Virus record (IMG/VR): IMGVR_UViG_3300009179_000007
Location: 1 to 32,308 of that record
Reading direction: 5' to 3' (one strand)
DNA from: a virus
Taxonomy: Duplodnaviria > Caudoviricetes
DNA length: 32,308 bases
Numbering within the stretch: position 1 is the first letter of the stretch; every line of letters starts with the position of its first letter. The notes beneath the pieces were generated by a model. The model was given only the letters and a program-made list of their open reading frames with translations, was not told the DNA's origin and did no database searches. The position numbers and the translations under genes were made by a program. Below, piece after piece: positions 18,758 to 26,483 of the stretch.

Positions 18758-19071
18758 GACTTATCTCCCCAGCCGCTAGATGGCTCTTCTGGTTCTTCGT
18801 AAGGTACTCGTCTAGTGACAGGCTTAGTTCTATGATTATCATCGGGGTTATCCTCTTGATATTCTATTTCAGCGTTCTCGGCAGCAGTATTCTTATTATC
18901 CGGTAGGAAGGCACCGATAGATCCGACGATAGCTATCGCGATGGGGATGATTGCCTCGGCTTGTTCGGGATGCTGGGTTGCCCATGTACCGGCAATCAGC
19001 ATGATGATACCACGCCAGGTACTGGCTTCTCTCAATCGAGCCAGAATGTATTTGATGATGATTTGCTTCAT
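18754..19071 (-). CDS. Holin-like membrane protein
   Basis: RLREASTWRG followed by two hydrophobic segments and a charged tail; translationally coupled to the lysin-like gene. Confidence 0.55.
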   Translation of the reverse strand: MKQIIIKYILARLREASTWRGIIMLIAGTWATQHPEQAEAIIPIAIAIVGSIGAFLPDNKNTAAENAEIEYQEDNPDDNHRTKPVTRRVPYEEPEEPSSGWGDKS

Positions 19072-19090
19072 TTCAATCTCCTTTATGATT

Positions 19091-19480
19091 TTAATTATTT
19101 GGAGAAATCGTATATTGATGTTTGATGTTTTTTAAAATGTCCAGCATTCTCTTATGGTGAGGAACGGGATCGTTCGGATTCAATGAATTCAAGAATAACA
19201 GGCATGACTTAACCACACCGAATTCATCATCGCAGCATATCACTCTCCAAATCATATTGGATGCTTCGATCCCAAAGACATTCAAACAGATGATGATGTT
19301 ATTGAGCAGAAGTCGGTCACTCACGGAACCAGATGCGAGAAAACGCCTAGCCATCTTTCGAGTGATATAAAAACGAAAGAAGTCGCGTCTGAACTCTTCT
19401 TCATTGAATAGAGTTTTATTGGGATAGGCGTCGAGAGCTATCTTGACGACATATTCACGATCGGTAAGTAACTTAGACAT
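19091..19480 (-). CDS. Conserved T4-like phage hypothetical protein
   Basis: The EEFRRDFFRFYITRK...DRLLLNNIIICLNVFG pattern resembles a family I recall from large T4-like phages. Confidence 0.7.
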   Translation of the reverse strand: MSKLLTDREYVVKIALDAYPNKTLFNEEEFRRDFFRFYITRKMARRFLASGSVSDRLLLNNIIICLNVFGIEASNMIWRVICCDDEFGVVKSCLLFLNSLNPNDPVPHHKRMLDILKNIKHQYTISPNN

Positions 19481-19851
19481 TATGAACCGTTTTGAATCTT
19501 CTTGGGGCGTCCTCTTCCTCTCTTCTCGGGAACCGCTTCAACTACCTTGGTCTCTTCGGAAACCGGTTCCAATGTGGCTACGGATCCCTCGTAACTCGGT
19601 TCCGTAATGATTTGAACGAAGGCGTTCTCGATGACCTCGGGGCTTTCTTCCGTGGTGATTTCAACGAATGAATTCTCAACCGGGCATTCTGCAGGAGTTT
19701 CGATTTCGAGTACGACAGACGGTTGCTCTTGTTCGATTCTGGATTTGAGACCTCTCAGAGAGATTAGAATTTCTCCGGTTTTAGGGTGAACCCAGCCTTG
19801 TTCGGTTGCAACAGCATAAGGAGCCCATTTTGGGGGTGTCAGATTTTTCAT
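19480..19851 (-). CDS. Hypothetical late protein with acidic middle and C-terminal AT-hook
   Basis: GAGG RBS; PPKWAPYAVATEQGWVHPKTGEIL N-terminus; KRGRGRPKK at the C-terminus. Confidence 0.7.
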   Translation of the reverse strand: MKNLTPPKWAPYAVATEQGWVHPKTGEILISLRGLKSRIEQEQPSVVLEIETPAECPVENSFVEITTEESPEVIENAFVQIITEPSYEGSVATLEPVSEETKVVEAVPEKRGRGRPKKIQNGS

Positions 19852-19882
19852 ACTTCTTACCTCTTTTACATGGATATAAACG

Positions 19883-19890
19883 TATTTATG
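19883..19890 (-). promoter_or_regulatory. T4-type late promoter (CATAAATA) for the reverse-strand lysis block
   Basis: One mismatch to TATAAATA, about 30 nt upstream of ATG 19851. Confidence 0.6.
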
Positions 19891-19899
19891 CCCCAGGAC

Positions 19900-19928
19900 T
19901 TGACAAGTTGGGATCGATGTGCTATACT
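19900..19928 (+). promoter_or_regulatory. Sigma70-type promoter for the primase operon
   Basis: TTGACA-17 nt-TATACT with an extended -10 TG. Confidence 0.8.
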
Positions 19929-19951
19929 ATGAAAAAGTCGAGGTGAACAAC

Positions 19952-20983
19952 ATGCTATGGGTAGACATCAAGTATGCGAATATTCTGGGAGGCAAGCTAA
20001 CCAAGTTCAAGATGAAAAGTCAAACCCCCTACATCGCCAACTATAGATGTCCTCTTTGCGACGATATCGAAGAGAAGAAGCGAGCCAGAGGTTATCTGTT
20101 AGAGAAGGATGGAAAGATTAGTAGCTATTGTCACAACTGCGGGGCATCGATGTCGTTAGGCTCCTTTATCGGAACGATAGACTCGCATCTGTATCAGGAA
20201 TACCGACTGGAAACTATGAAGGAACGCTGGGGAAAGCCCGTTGAGGAGAAGGAGATAAAGTTCTCCAAACCCGTATTCAAACGATCTATCAAGCTGGGTA
20301 TGCCACTTTCTGAAGGACTAAATAATGCTGCCTATGATTATGCGGTGGGTAGAAGGATACCTTCTCGATTTTACGATAGTCTCTTCTATCTGGAAGATCT
20401 TAATCTCTTGACCAGTCAGATAGAGAAGTATAAGGACACCCGATTCAGTAAAGAACCCGTCTTGGTGATCCCCTTCTATACATCGGAAAGAGAGTTCAGC
20501 TACATCAACTGCCGCTCCATCTCCCCGTCAGCGTCTTTCAGATATTACGTTTTAGAAGTCAGCGATAGTCATCCCAAGATTTGGGGACTGGAGTTCGTTG
20601 ACTGGACGAAGCCCGTCTTCGTCTTCGAAGGACCTATCGACGCCATGTGCGTGCCTAACTCGATTGCCATGGCGGGAGTCAGCGGAAACGAATCCATTAA
20701 GTTCATCACTTCTAAGAAGAAAAAAGAGGACATCTGTTTTGTTTACGATAGCGACTGCATCTACAACAAAGAAGTTCACAAACAGGTTCAGAAGAGAATA
20801 CACGAAGGTTTTAGCACGGTTATCTATGATAAAAATTTCCCAGGAAAAGATGTTAATGAGGTGATATGCCATGACCTAATGACACCCGACGAAGTTTATG
20901 AGTATCTTCAAAATCGTTCGTTTAGTGGGCTTCGTGCCCAGATAGAACTTTCGCATCAAACCAAAGCCCAAAAAATCTCTTAG
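19952..20983 (+). CDS. 61: T4 gp61-like DNA primase
   Basis: Zinc finger RCPLCDD...[20 protein letters not shown] motifs VFEGPIDA and VYDSD, and GKDVNE. GAGG RBS before ATG 19952. Confidence 0.92.
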   Translation: MLWVDIKYANILGGKLTKFKMKSQTPYIANYRCPLCDDIEEKKRARGYLLEKDGKISSYCHNCGASMSLGSFIGTIDSHLYQEYRLETMKERWGKPVEEKEIKFSKPVFKRSIKLGMPLSEGLNNAAYDYAVGRRIPSRFYDSLFYLEDLNLLTSQIEKYKDTRFSKEPVLVIPFYTSEREFSYINCRSISPSASFRYYVLEVSDSHPKIWGLEFVDWTKPVFVFEGPIDAMCVPNSIAMAGVSGNESIKFITSKKKKEDICFVYDSDCIYNKEVHKQVQKRIHEGFSTVIYDKNFPGKDVNEVICHDLMTPDEVYEYLQNRSFSGLRAQIELSHQTKAQKIS

Positions 20984-20992
20984 AGGAAACCA

Positions 20993-21172
20993 ATGAAAGA
21001 ATATGATGATGATTACCCGCGCCGCTCGAAGCCAGTAGAAAAGGGTAGAAAGACTCAGAAGTTAAGAAATCTGTTCAAGAAAATCGATCCGCACGCCATC
21101 CCTCAGATTGAAGAAGATGAAGAGTTCGAGGAGTTGGATCATTTTACCAAGATAGTCCATGCGAGAAGATAA
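20993..21172 (+). CDS. Small charged hypothetical protein (59 aa, absent from ORF track)
   Basis: GAGG RBS; MKEYDDDYPRRSKPVEKGRKTQK...HARR*; fills the gap between primase and rnh. Confidence 0.65.
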   Translation: MKEYDDDYPRRSKPVEKGRKTQKLRNLFKKIDPHAIPQIEEDEEFEELDHFTKIVHARR

Positions 21173-21173
21173 C

Positions 21174-22043
21174 ATGCTAATCTTATTTGATTTTTCACAA
21201 ATTGTGATCTCGTCCGCCATAGAATACCATTCACAAACCAAGGAAGCCATCGAACTTCCTCTCTTGCGTCACATCTCTTTGAACAACATCCTGTCGTATA
21301 GGAAGAAGTTCAAAGCGAAGATCGAGGAAATGATCATCTGCTGCGATGGCAGAGACTACTGGAGAAAGGGCGTCTTCCCTCTCTACAAGCAGAACCGAAA
21401 GAAGGATCACGACAAATCGGCGTTCAACTGGGACAAGTTCTTCGAGGACTTCAACCAAATCAAAACCGAGATCAAAACCGAACTACCCTTCAATGTGGTC
21501 GAGGTCTATGGGTGCGAGGCAGACGATGTCATTGCAGTTCTCAGCAAGCAGCAATGCCCGCATCAAGACAGAATCATCATCATATCCAGCGACAAAGATC
21601 TGATCCAAATACAAGAGAACATCTGCCCGAAAGTCGAGCAGTGGTCTCCGTTTCACAAGAAGAACATCTCCCCCAAAACCAACTCCTATAGTCTATTCGA
21701 GCATGTGATTAGAGGAGACGCCGGCGATGGCGTACCCAACATCTTAAGCGACGACGACGTCTTCATGGACGATAGCAAGCGATCAAAACCGATTCGAGCC
21801 ACCAACATCATGCAATGGGAACAGAACGGCGGGCTCGGGTACCCCGAAAGGTTCTGTAAATCGGAGGAGATGCTTGAGCGTTTCAACCGCAACCTCAATC
21901 TAATCGACCTCCGCCAGATCCCCGAATGCTTCGTCAAGAAGATCGTAGAAGAATTTTCGAACTTCCAGAAACCCCCAGCTAATGTATTCGGATATCTTAC
22001 GAAACACAAGCTCAAGAAGATTTTAGAATCGGGGGTGCTATAA
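21174..22043 (+). CDS. rnh: T4 RNase H-like 5'-3' exonuclease
   Basis: ILFDFSQI, YWRK..FPLYKQNR, EADDVIA, SSDKDLIQ and GDAGDGVPNI motifs. Confidence 0.93.
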   Translation: MLILFDFSQIVISSAIEYHSQTKEAIELPLLRHISLNNILSYRKKFKAKIEEMIICCDGRDYWRKGVFPLYKQNRKKDHDKSAFNWDKFFEDFNQIKTEIKTELPFNVVEVYGCEADDVIAVLSKQQCPHQDRIIIISSDKDLIQIQENICPKVEQWSPFHKKNISPKTNSYSLFEHVIRGDAGDGVPNILSDDDVFMDDSKRSKPIRATNIMQWEQNGGLGYPERFCKSEEMLERFNRNLNLIDLRQIPECFVKKIVEEFSNFQKPPANVFGYLTKHKLKKILESGVL

Positions 22044-22044
22044 G

Positions 22045-22245
22045 ATGAAGAGGTGTTTGGTGGCGATGGTGAGTTTCATAATTTTTATTTTCGAGTTTTT
22101 GCTGCAACTTATCGGGTTATTCATCAACGCCATCGCCACCATTCCTGTCATCTTCCTACTCTGCATCTTCAGATACCATAACAGAATACAATTCTTGACA
22201 TCTAAAACTTCATTCTTTATAGTAGAAGAAACAGAAGAAACTTGA
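22045..22245 (+). CDS. Small hydrophobic hypothetical protein
   Basis: Long hydrophobic segment and tight packing after rnh. Confidence 0.45.
   Translation: MKRCLVAMVSFIIFIFEFLLQLIGLFINAIATIPVIFLLCIFRYHNRIQFLTSKTSFFIVEETEET
22195..22223 (+). promoter_or_regulatory. Sigma70-type promoter upstream of the FmdB-like gene
   Basis: TTGACA-17 nt-TATAGT. Confidence 0.6.
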
Positions 22246-22254
22246 GGAGTCACC

Positions 22255-22510
22255 ATGCCAACTTTTAGTTATAGATGCGGTTCCTGTCACCAAACATTCG
22301 AGCTCGTCTTACGAATTCGGTGAGAACGATAGGCCAGTTGTCGAACCTTGCCCCTACTGTCACCAAACCAGAGTACAGCAAACTATCACATCGGCTATAC
22401 CTGTAGCTGATCCGTATTCCGTTGGAAGATATCATCATACGGATGAATGGAGAAGTATCTTAAAAGGAATCAAAGAAAGAAACCCTAAGGCGAACATCAA
22501 TATCCCATAG
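22255..22510 (+). CDS. FmdB-family zinc-ribbon protein with a +1 frameshift at CGGT 22318-22321
   Basis: GAGGAG RBS. MPTFSYRCGSCHQTFELVLRI-[CGGT]-ENDRPVVEPCPYCHQ...DEWRSILKGIKERNP; the two CxxC halves lie in different frames. Confidence 0.8.
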
Positions 22511-22526
22511 CAATGAGGTGCATACC

Positions 22527-22751
22527 ATGGCAATTACTTTAAAACAAGGTCTGATTTTGAAATCTTCGGATGGTGAGTATGTTTACAACATCTTCAACTT
22601 CCATGACGATGAAGATATGATGACCGTAGATGTTCTTAATCGTAATCTCGAATCTCTGGCATCGCGCCAATGGTCTAAAGAGAACTTTCAAAAGCAAATC
22701 GACAATGGTACGATTGTAGAGTTCAAAGAAGGAGAGATTATCGGAGAATAA
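22527..22751 (+). CDS. Hypothetical protein
   Basis: GAGG RBS before ATG 22527 and operon packing. Confidence 0.65.
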   Translation: MAITLKQGLILKSSDGEYVYNIFNFHDDEDMMTVDVLNRNLESLASRQWSKENFQKQIDNGTIVEFKEGEIIGE

Positions 22752-22752
22752 G

Positions 22753-22992
22753 ATGAAGCAGAGCGAAAGATTACATACCGAAATTTCTCAACTCGCCGAA
22801 AGACTGAATTGTAGTTTCGTAGATGCGGTTTTAGAGTTCTGTGAGTCTCATCAATACGATCCGGAAGATGTGGTCAGGCAAATGGATGGCATCACCAAAG
22901 ATCGTTTGAAACAAAGTGCTATTGATGAAAGGATGGTAAGAAAGTCCGTATCTGCTGTCGACACTCTCTCGTTACCTCTGGTGAAAGAATGA
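22753..22992 (+). CDS. 33: T4 gp33-like late transcription coactivator
   Basis: SFVDAVLEFCE...DPEDV...KDRLKQSA pattern and the canonical 33-59-32 gene order. Confidence 0.8.
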   Translation: MKQSERLHTEISQLAERLNCSFVDAVLEFCESHQYDPEDVVRQMDGITKDRLKQSAIDERMVRKSVSAVDTLSLPLVKE

Positions 22993-23597
22993 GCGCTGCC
23001 TTCCAAACCTATGTCGATTATGTCTTTCTAAAAAGACACTTCTCCGATGAAAAGTTCATCTGGAGCGAAACCGCTAACTATAAAAGAATGAAACTCGAAT
23101 CGTTTCTGAAACGAAGAGATGTTTCATTCTTCAATGCTCTTTACAGCGCCTATAAGATCAGAAGACCGATCGTCGATCATCTGATCTCCTGCTTCTTGTA
23201 CGACAGCGATTTCTGGATCGGTAATGCTCTAAAGGACGAATACATCATGCGACATCAAAATCGAATGATGCGATTCGGTGCGTTGGAACGAACCTTCCTG
23301 GATGATGGCGAAAAGATCGAGGAGTATCTGAAAGACCACGAACTCCGTATGGATGCCTTGGTCTTGACATCGGGTATCAAATCGCCTATAATAATGGAAC
23401 TATACCCCGCCACGATCAGTTTGGAAACCCTGGCAGTTCTGGAGCATCTGACAGGGTTCATCGGATCCTGGTTTCCCATCAACCCACTGCAAAAATGGAG
23501 GAGGCTTATCATCCATAAGTATAGTTATCTACTTCGTTTTGAGGAACGAAACGTGGATAAGATTCAAAGTGTATACCAAAACCTAGTGCAATTATAG
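22989..23597 (+). CDS. 59: T4 gp59-like helicase loader
   Basis: YVFLKRHF, SFLKRRD..FF, WIG and ISLETL motifs; lies between 33 and 32. Confidence 0.85.
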   Translation: MSAAFQTYVDYVFLKRHFSDEKFIWSETANYKRMKLESFLKRRDVSFFNALYSAYKIRRPIVDHLISCFLYDSDFWIGNALKDEYIMRHQNRMMRFGALERTFLDDGEKIEEYLKDHELRMDALVLTSGIKSPIIMELYPATISLETLAVLEHLTGFIGSWFPINPLQKWRRLIIHKYSYLLRFEERNVDKIQSVYQNLVQL

Positions 23598-23635
23598 CGC
23601 CAAGCGCATCGCACATCATTTAAGGAGATTAGACT

Positions 23636-24541
23636 ATGTCATTTGCACAACTCAAGAAAGCCTCGAAGACCTCATTCAAACAACTCGCCGAGAAGATGGC
23701 GAACGAAGGCAAGAAAGGAAGCTACGACGACAATCGTTTCTGGCAGCCCGATGTAGATAAGTCGGGAAGCGGTTTCGCCATCATCCGTTTCCTACCTGTC
23801 GCCGAAGGAGAAGAGTCTCCTTACATCAAACTCTACAATCACGGATTCAAAATCAACGGTAAGTGGTACATCGAGAATTGCCCGACTTCTATGGGTCAAG
23901 GCAATCCCTGTCCTGTCTGCGAAGCCAATACCGCTCTTTGGAATACGGGAGTGGAAGAGAACAAGGAAATCGTCCGCAAGCGCAAGCGCACGATGAAGTA
24001 TATCTCCAACATCATCGTTCTGTCCGATGCCAAGCACCCCGAGAATGAAGGTAAGGTGTTCCTCTTCACTTACGGCACCAAAATCTTCGCGAAGCTGATG
24101 AACGCCATCAATCCCGAGTTCGAAGACGAGAAGAGCTTCGATCCATTCAGCTTCTGGGATGGTGCGCCATTCAAGCTCAAGATTCGTAATGTCGAAGGAT
24201 ACAGGAATTACGACAAGAGCGAATTCGGCGAATGCGGTCCGTTGTTCGAAGACGATGATGCGATGGAAGCCGTGTGGAAATCGCAGTATCCTCTCCAGGA
24301 GTTCTTGAGCCCCAAGAACTTCAAGCCATACGATGAGCTCAAGACCAAGTTCTACTCGGTTATCAACGCTACACCTATCACTGCTACTAAAGAAGATGGT
24401 GGCGATGACGATGACGAGGTCCCCGCTGCTAAAGCTCCTCCGGTACGTCAACCTAAACCTTCTGCCGATACCGTAAAAACGAAGGGATCGAAGGAAGACG
24501 ACGACGACTTCGAGCTTTACCGTTCTATGCTCGACGACTAA
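23636..24541 (+). CDS. 32: T4 gp32-like single-stranded DNA-binding protein
   Basis: DNRFW, GFAIIRFLP, HGFK...WYIENC, CPVC, NYDKSEF and an acidic C-terminal tail. Confidence 0.95.
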   Translation: MSFAQLKKASKTSFKQLAEKMANEGKKGSYDDNRFWQPDVDKSGSGFAIIRFLPVAEGEESPYIKLYNHGFKINGKWYIENCPTSMGQGNPCPVCEANTALWNTGVEENKEIVRKRKRTMKYISNIIVLSDAKHPENEGKVFLFTYGTKIFAKLMNAINPEFEDEKSFDPFSFWDGAPFKLKIRNVEGYRNYDKSEFGECGPLFEDDDAMEAVWKSQYPLQEFLSPKNFKPYDELKTKFYSVINATPITATKEDGGDDDDEVPAAKAPPVRQPKPSADTVKTKGSKEDDDDFELYRSMLDD

Positions 24542-24550
24542 ACGGTGTGA

Positions 24551-24571
24551 GGGTGGGGTCGCTCCCCACCC
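24551..24571 (+). terminator. GC-rich hairpin after gene 32 (possible terminator or processing site)
   Basis: GGGTGGGG-TCGCT-CCCCACCC, without a T-tail. Confidence 0.45.
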
Positions 24572-24593
24572 AGCTATCGAACAGGAGATTTTG

Positions 24594-24959
24594 ATGACAC
24601 CTAAATTCTATGCACATTTTTCGCTTCTACAAAGAACTCTTGCGGCGTATAATAAGAAATGCGACTGCCGAGGAGTAGATGCGAGTATCACATTCGAGCA
24701 ATCGTTAAGAACTCGAGTAGAAAACGACTACGATATCTGGATGGCCAAATTTACCAGCGATGCCTTCGGTGATCAACGATTCGGTGGCACCATCGAGCGA
24801 GCATCGGAACTGGTGACTATCTTCATCGAACAAATCATCAGACAAACCCTGGAAGCCTGCATCGCCAATGCAGACGAATGGTATAAAGATAAGCCCGAGG
24901 TGAAAGCCGAGCTCTACGATCTTCATGCCGTTCTCACGGGCTTGGGCGGTCCGGTATGA
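24594..24959 (+). CDS. Hypothetical protein
   Basis: AGGAG RBS and an ATGA overlap with the next gene. Confidence 0.7.
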   Translation: MTPKFYAHFSLLQRTLAAYNKKCDCRGVDASITFEQSLRTRVENDYDIWMAKFTSDAFGDQRFGGTIERASELVTIFIEQIIRQTLEACIANADEWYKDKPEVKAELYDLHAVLTGLGGPV

Positions 24960-25570
24960 GTACCGTAACCCACCTACTCGTCGACATAGAGACTCTGGCA
25001 ACCGATCCGAATGCAGTGGTTCTATCTGTCGCCTGCGTGCCTTTCCTGTTAGAAGTGCATACCTATTTCGGAGAGTTGGTTCCAACCGGGTTCTTTGTGA
25101 AGTTCGATGTTCAGGAGCAAATCAAGCTCTATCATAGAACTGTCGAGGATGACACGGTGAAGTGGTGGAAAAAGCGTCCGAAGGAAGTCTTCGATTCCAT
25201 GGTGCGACCCACAGCCGAAGATGTGAGCCTGAAAGAAGGGCTGACTCGTCTGAATAAGTTCGTAGCCGGCGTCAAGGACTATCACTTCAATCAGAGTTAT
25301 GTCTGGTCCAGAGGCAATAACTTCGACTTCCCCATTCTAAAATCGCTCTATGATGCATCCGGAATCGGTTATCCTTTCAACGAATGGAGAGCCAGAGATG
25401 TTCGCACTGCCATCGACATCATGGCAGGTACCGATGATGGTCAGTACCAATTACGATTTGGCGGCGATGGATTCATAGCTCACAATCCACTGCATGACGC
25501 TGCCATGGATGCAGCACGTCTCAACGAGCTGTTTTATCTTGCGATGAATGAAGGCGATGTCCCCTTCTAA
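24956..25570 (+). CDS. dexA: DEDDh 3'-5' exonuclease (T4 DexA-like)
   Basis: VDIETL, WSRGNNFDFPIL, RDVRT and HNPLHDAAMD motifs. Confidence 0.85.
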   Translation: MSTVTHLLVDIETLATDPNAVVLSVACVPFLLEVHTYFGELVPTGFFVKFDVQEQIKLYHRTVEDDTVKWWKKRPKEVFDSMVRPTAEDVSLKEGLTRLNKFVAGVKDYHFNQSYVWSRGNNFDFPILKSLYDASGIGYPFNEWRARDVRTAIDIMAGTDDGQYQLRFGGDGFIAHNPLHDAAMDAARLNELFYLAMNEGDVPF

Positions 25571-25607
25571 CCCTAAATAAAAGAACGGTTAAAGAGGAGA
25601 TTACGAT

Positions 25608-25838
25608 ATGAAGTGGCTACAGCAGTTGATTGAAAGAGTATGTCAGACGGCGCAGGTGGTGAACCAGAATGGATCTATCAGATTGCAGCATTATTCGATT
25701 TCTGTCAAAACAGAAGAAGATAGTCTTTATTCTATCAGAGTCGTAGATCTGCTAAATGTGAAGCCACCCAAGGTTAGTAAACAACTATATCATGATGAAG
25801 TCGAAGACCAACTCATGCAGACTATCAATTCGTTATGA
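25608..25838 (+). CDS. Hypothetical protein
   Basis: GAGGAG RBS; followed by a terminator. Confidence 0.65.
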   Translation: MKWLQQLIERVCQTAQVVNQNGSIRLQHYSISVKTEEDSLYSIRVVDLLNVKPPKVSKQLYHDEVEDQLMQTINSL

Positions 25839-25852
25839 GGCGATAGCTGCTC

Positions 25853-25877
25853 AAAGCCCCCGAAAGGGGGTTTTTTT
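25853..25877 (+). terminator. Rho-independent terminator
   Basis: AAAGCCCCC-GAAA-GGGGG-TTTTTTT. Confidence 0.9.
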
Positions 25878-25881
25878 ATCA

Positions 25882-25889
25882 TATAAATA
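25882..25889 (+). promoter_or_regulatory. T4-type late promoter TATAAATA
   Basis: Exact T4 gp55 consensus immediately after the terminator and about 30 nt before ATG 25918. Confidence 0.75.
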
Positions 25890-25917
25890 ACATGAAAAGA
25901 CAGAAAAGGATTTTAAA

Positions 25918-26445
25918 ATGAAAAGGTTCTTATCATCCAGCCTTCTTTTCTTTGAAGAGTTCATCAAGCCTCCCGTAGAAAACTCCAAAGGAACCATGAA
26001 ACCCATAAGTATTCTTTGGGAAAGCATACCACAGAAATCTTTTAGACTGGGGTCGTATCTGAAATCTTTGAACGATGAAAGCATGGCAAAGGTATTCAAA
26101 ACGGATTTAGGATACTTCAGAGGTCTTATCTACAATGACCCGCCCAATTTCATCGTTTTCGTTTGGGGTGGTGAGCATTTGCACACGAGCGTTTCCGCAT
26201 CTCTTTCGAAGAATAGGGAATCTCTGAAATTGCCCAATCTTGCTTACCAGCAAGAATACAAGAACAGCCTGGAGGGCAACTTTGGAAAGAACTGGTGTTT
26301 TCCGGTGGTGTATGACAATAAAAAGATGTTTAGTAACCTAACTCAGAGTCGACTTATCACCTTCGATAAGGAACACTCAATCCAAGCACTTCTTAAGATA
26401 AATGATATGCAGTGGAAGCATTTTCTTGATGAGGCATGGTCTTAG
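25918..26445 (+). CDS. Hypothetical late protein
   Basis: AGGA RBS; downstream of the late promoter. Confidence 0.65.
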   Translation: MKRFLSSSLLFFEEFIKPPVENSKGTMKPISILWESIPQKSFRLGSYLKSLNDESMAKVFKTDLGYFRGLIYNDPPNFIVFVWGGEHLHTSVSASLSKNRESLKLPNLAYQQEYKNSLEGNFGKNWCFPVVYDNKKMFSNLTQSRLITFDKEHSIQALLKINDMQWKHFLDEAWS

Positions 26446-26483
26446 TAGTGAACTTTAAGTAACCAGAATATGGAGATTATTCG

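Noticed and set aside
10468-22510. Calling the five frameshifted genes pseudogenes
   Set aside because: Each has a single break with the same 4-mer, no other visible decay, and several are probably essential. Recoding or a sequencing artefact fits better.
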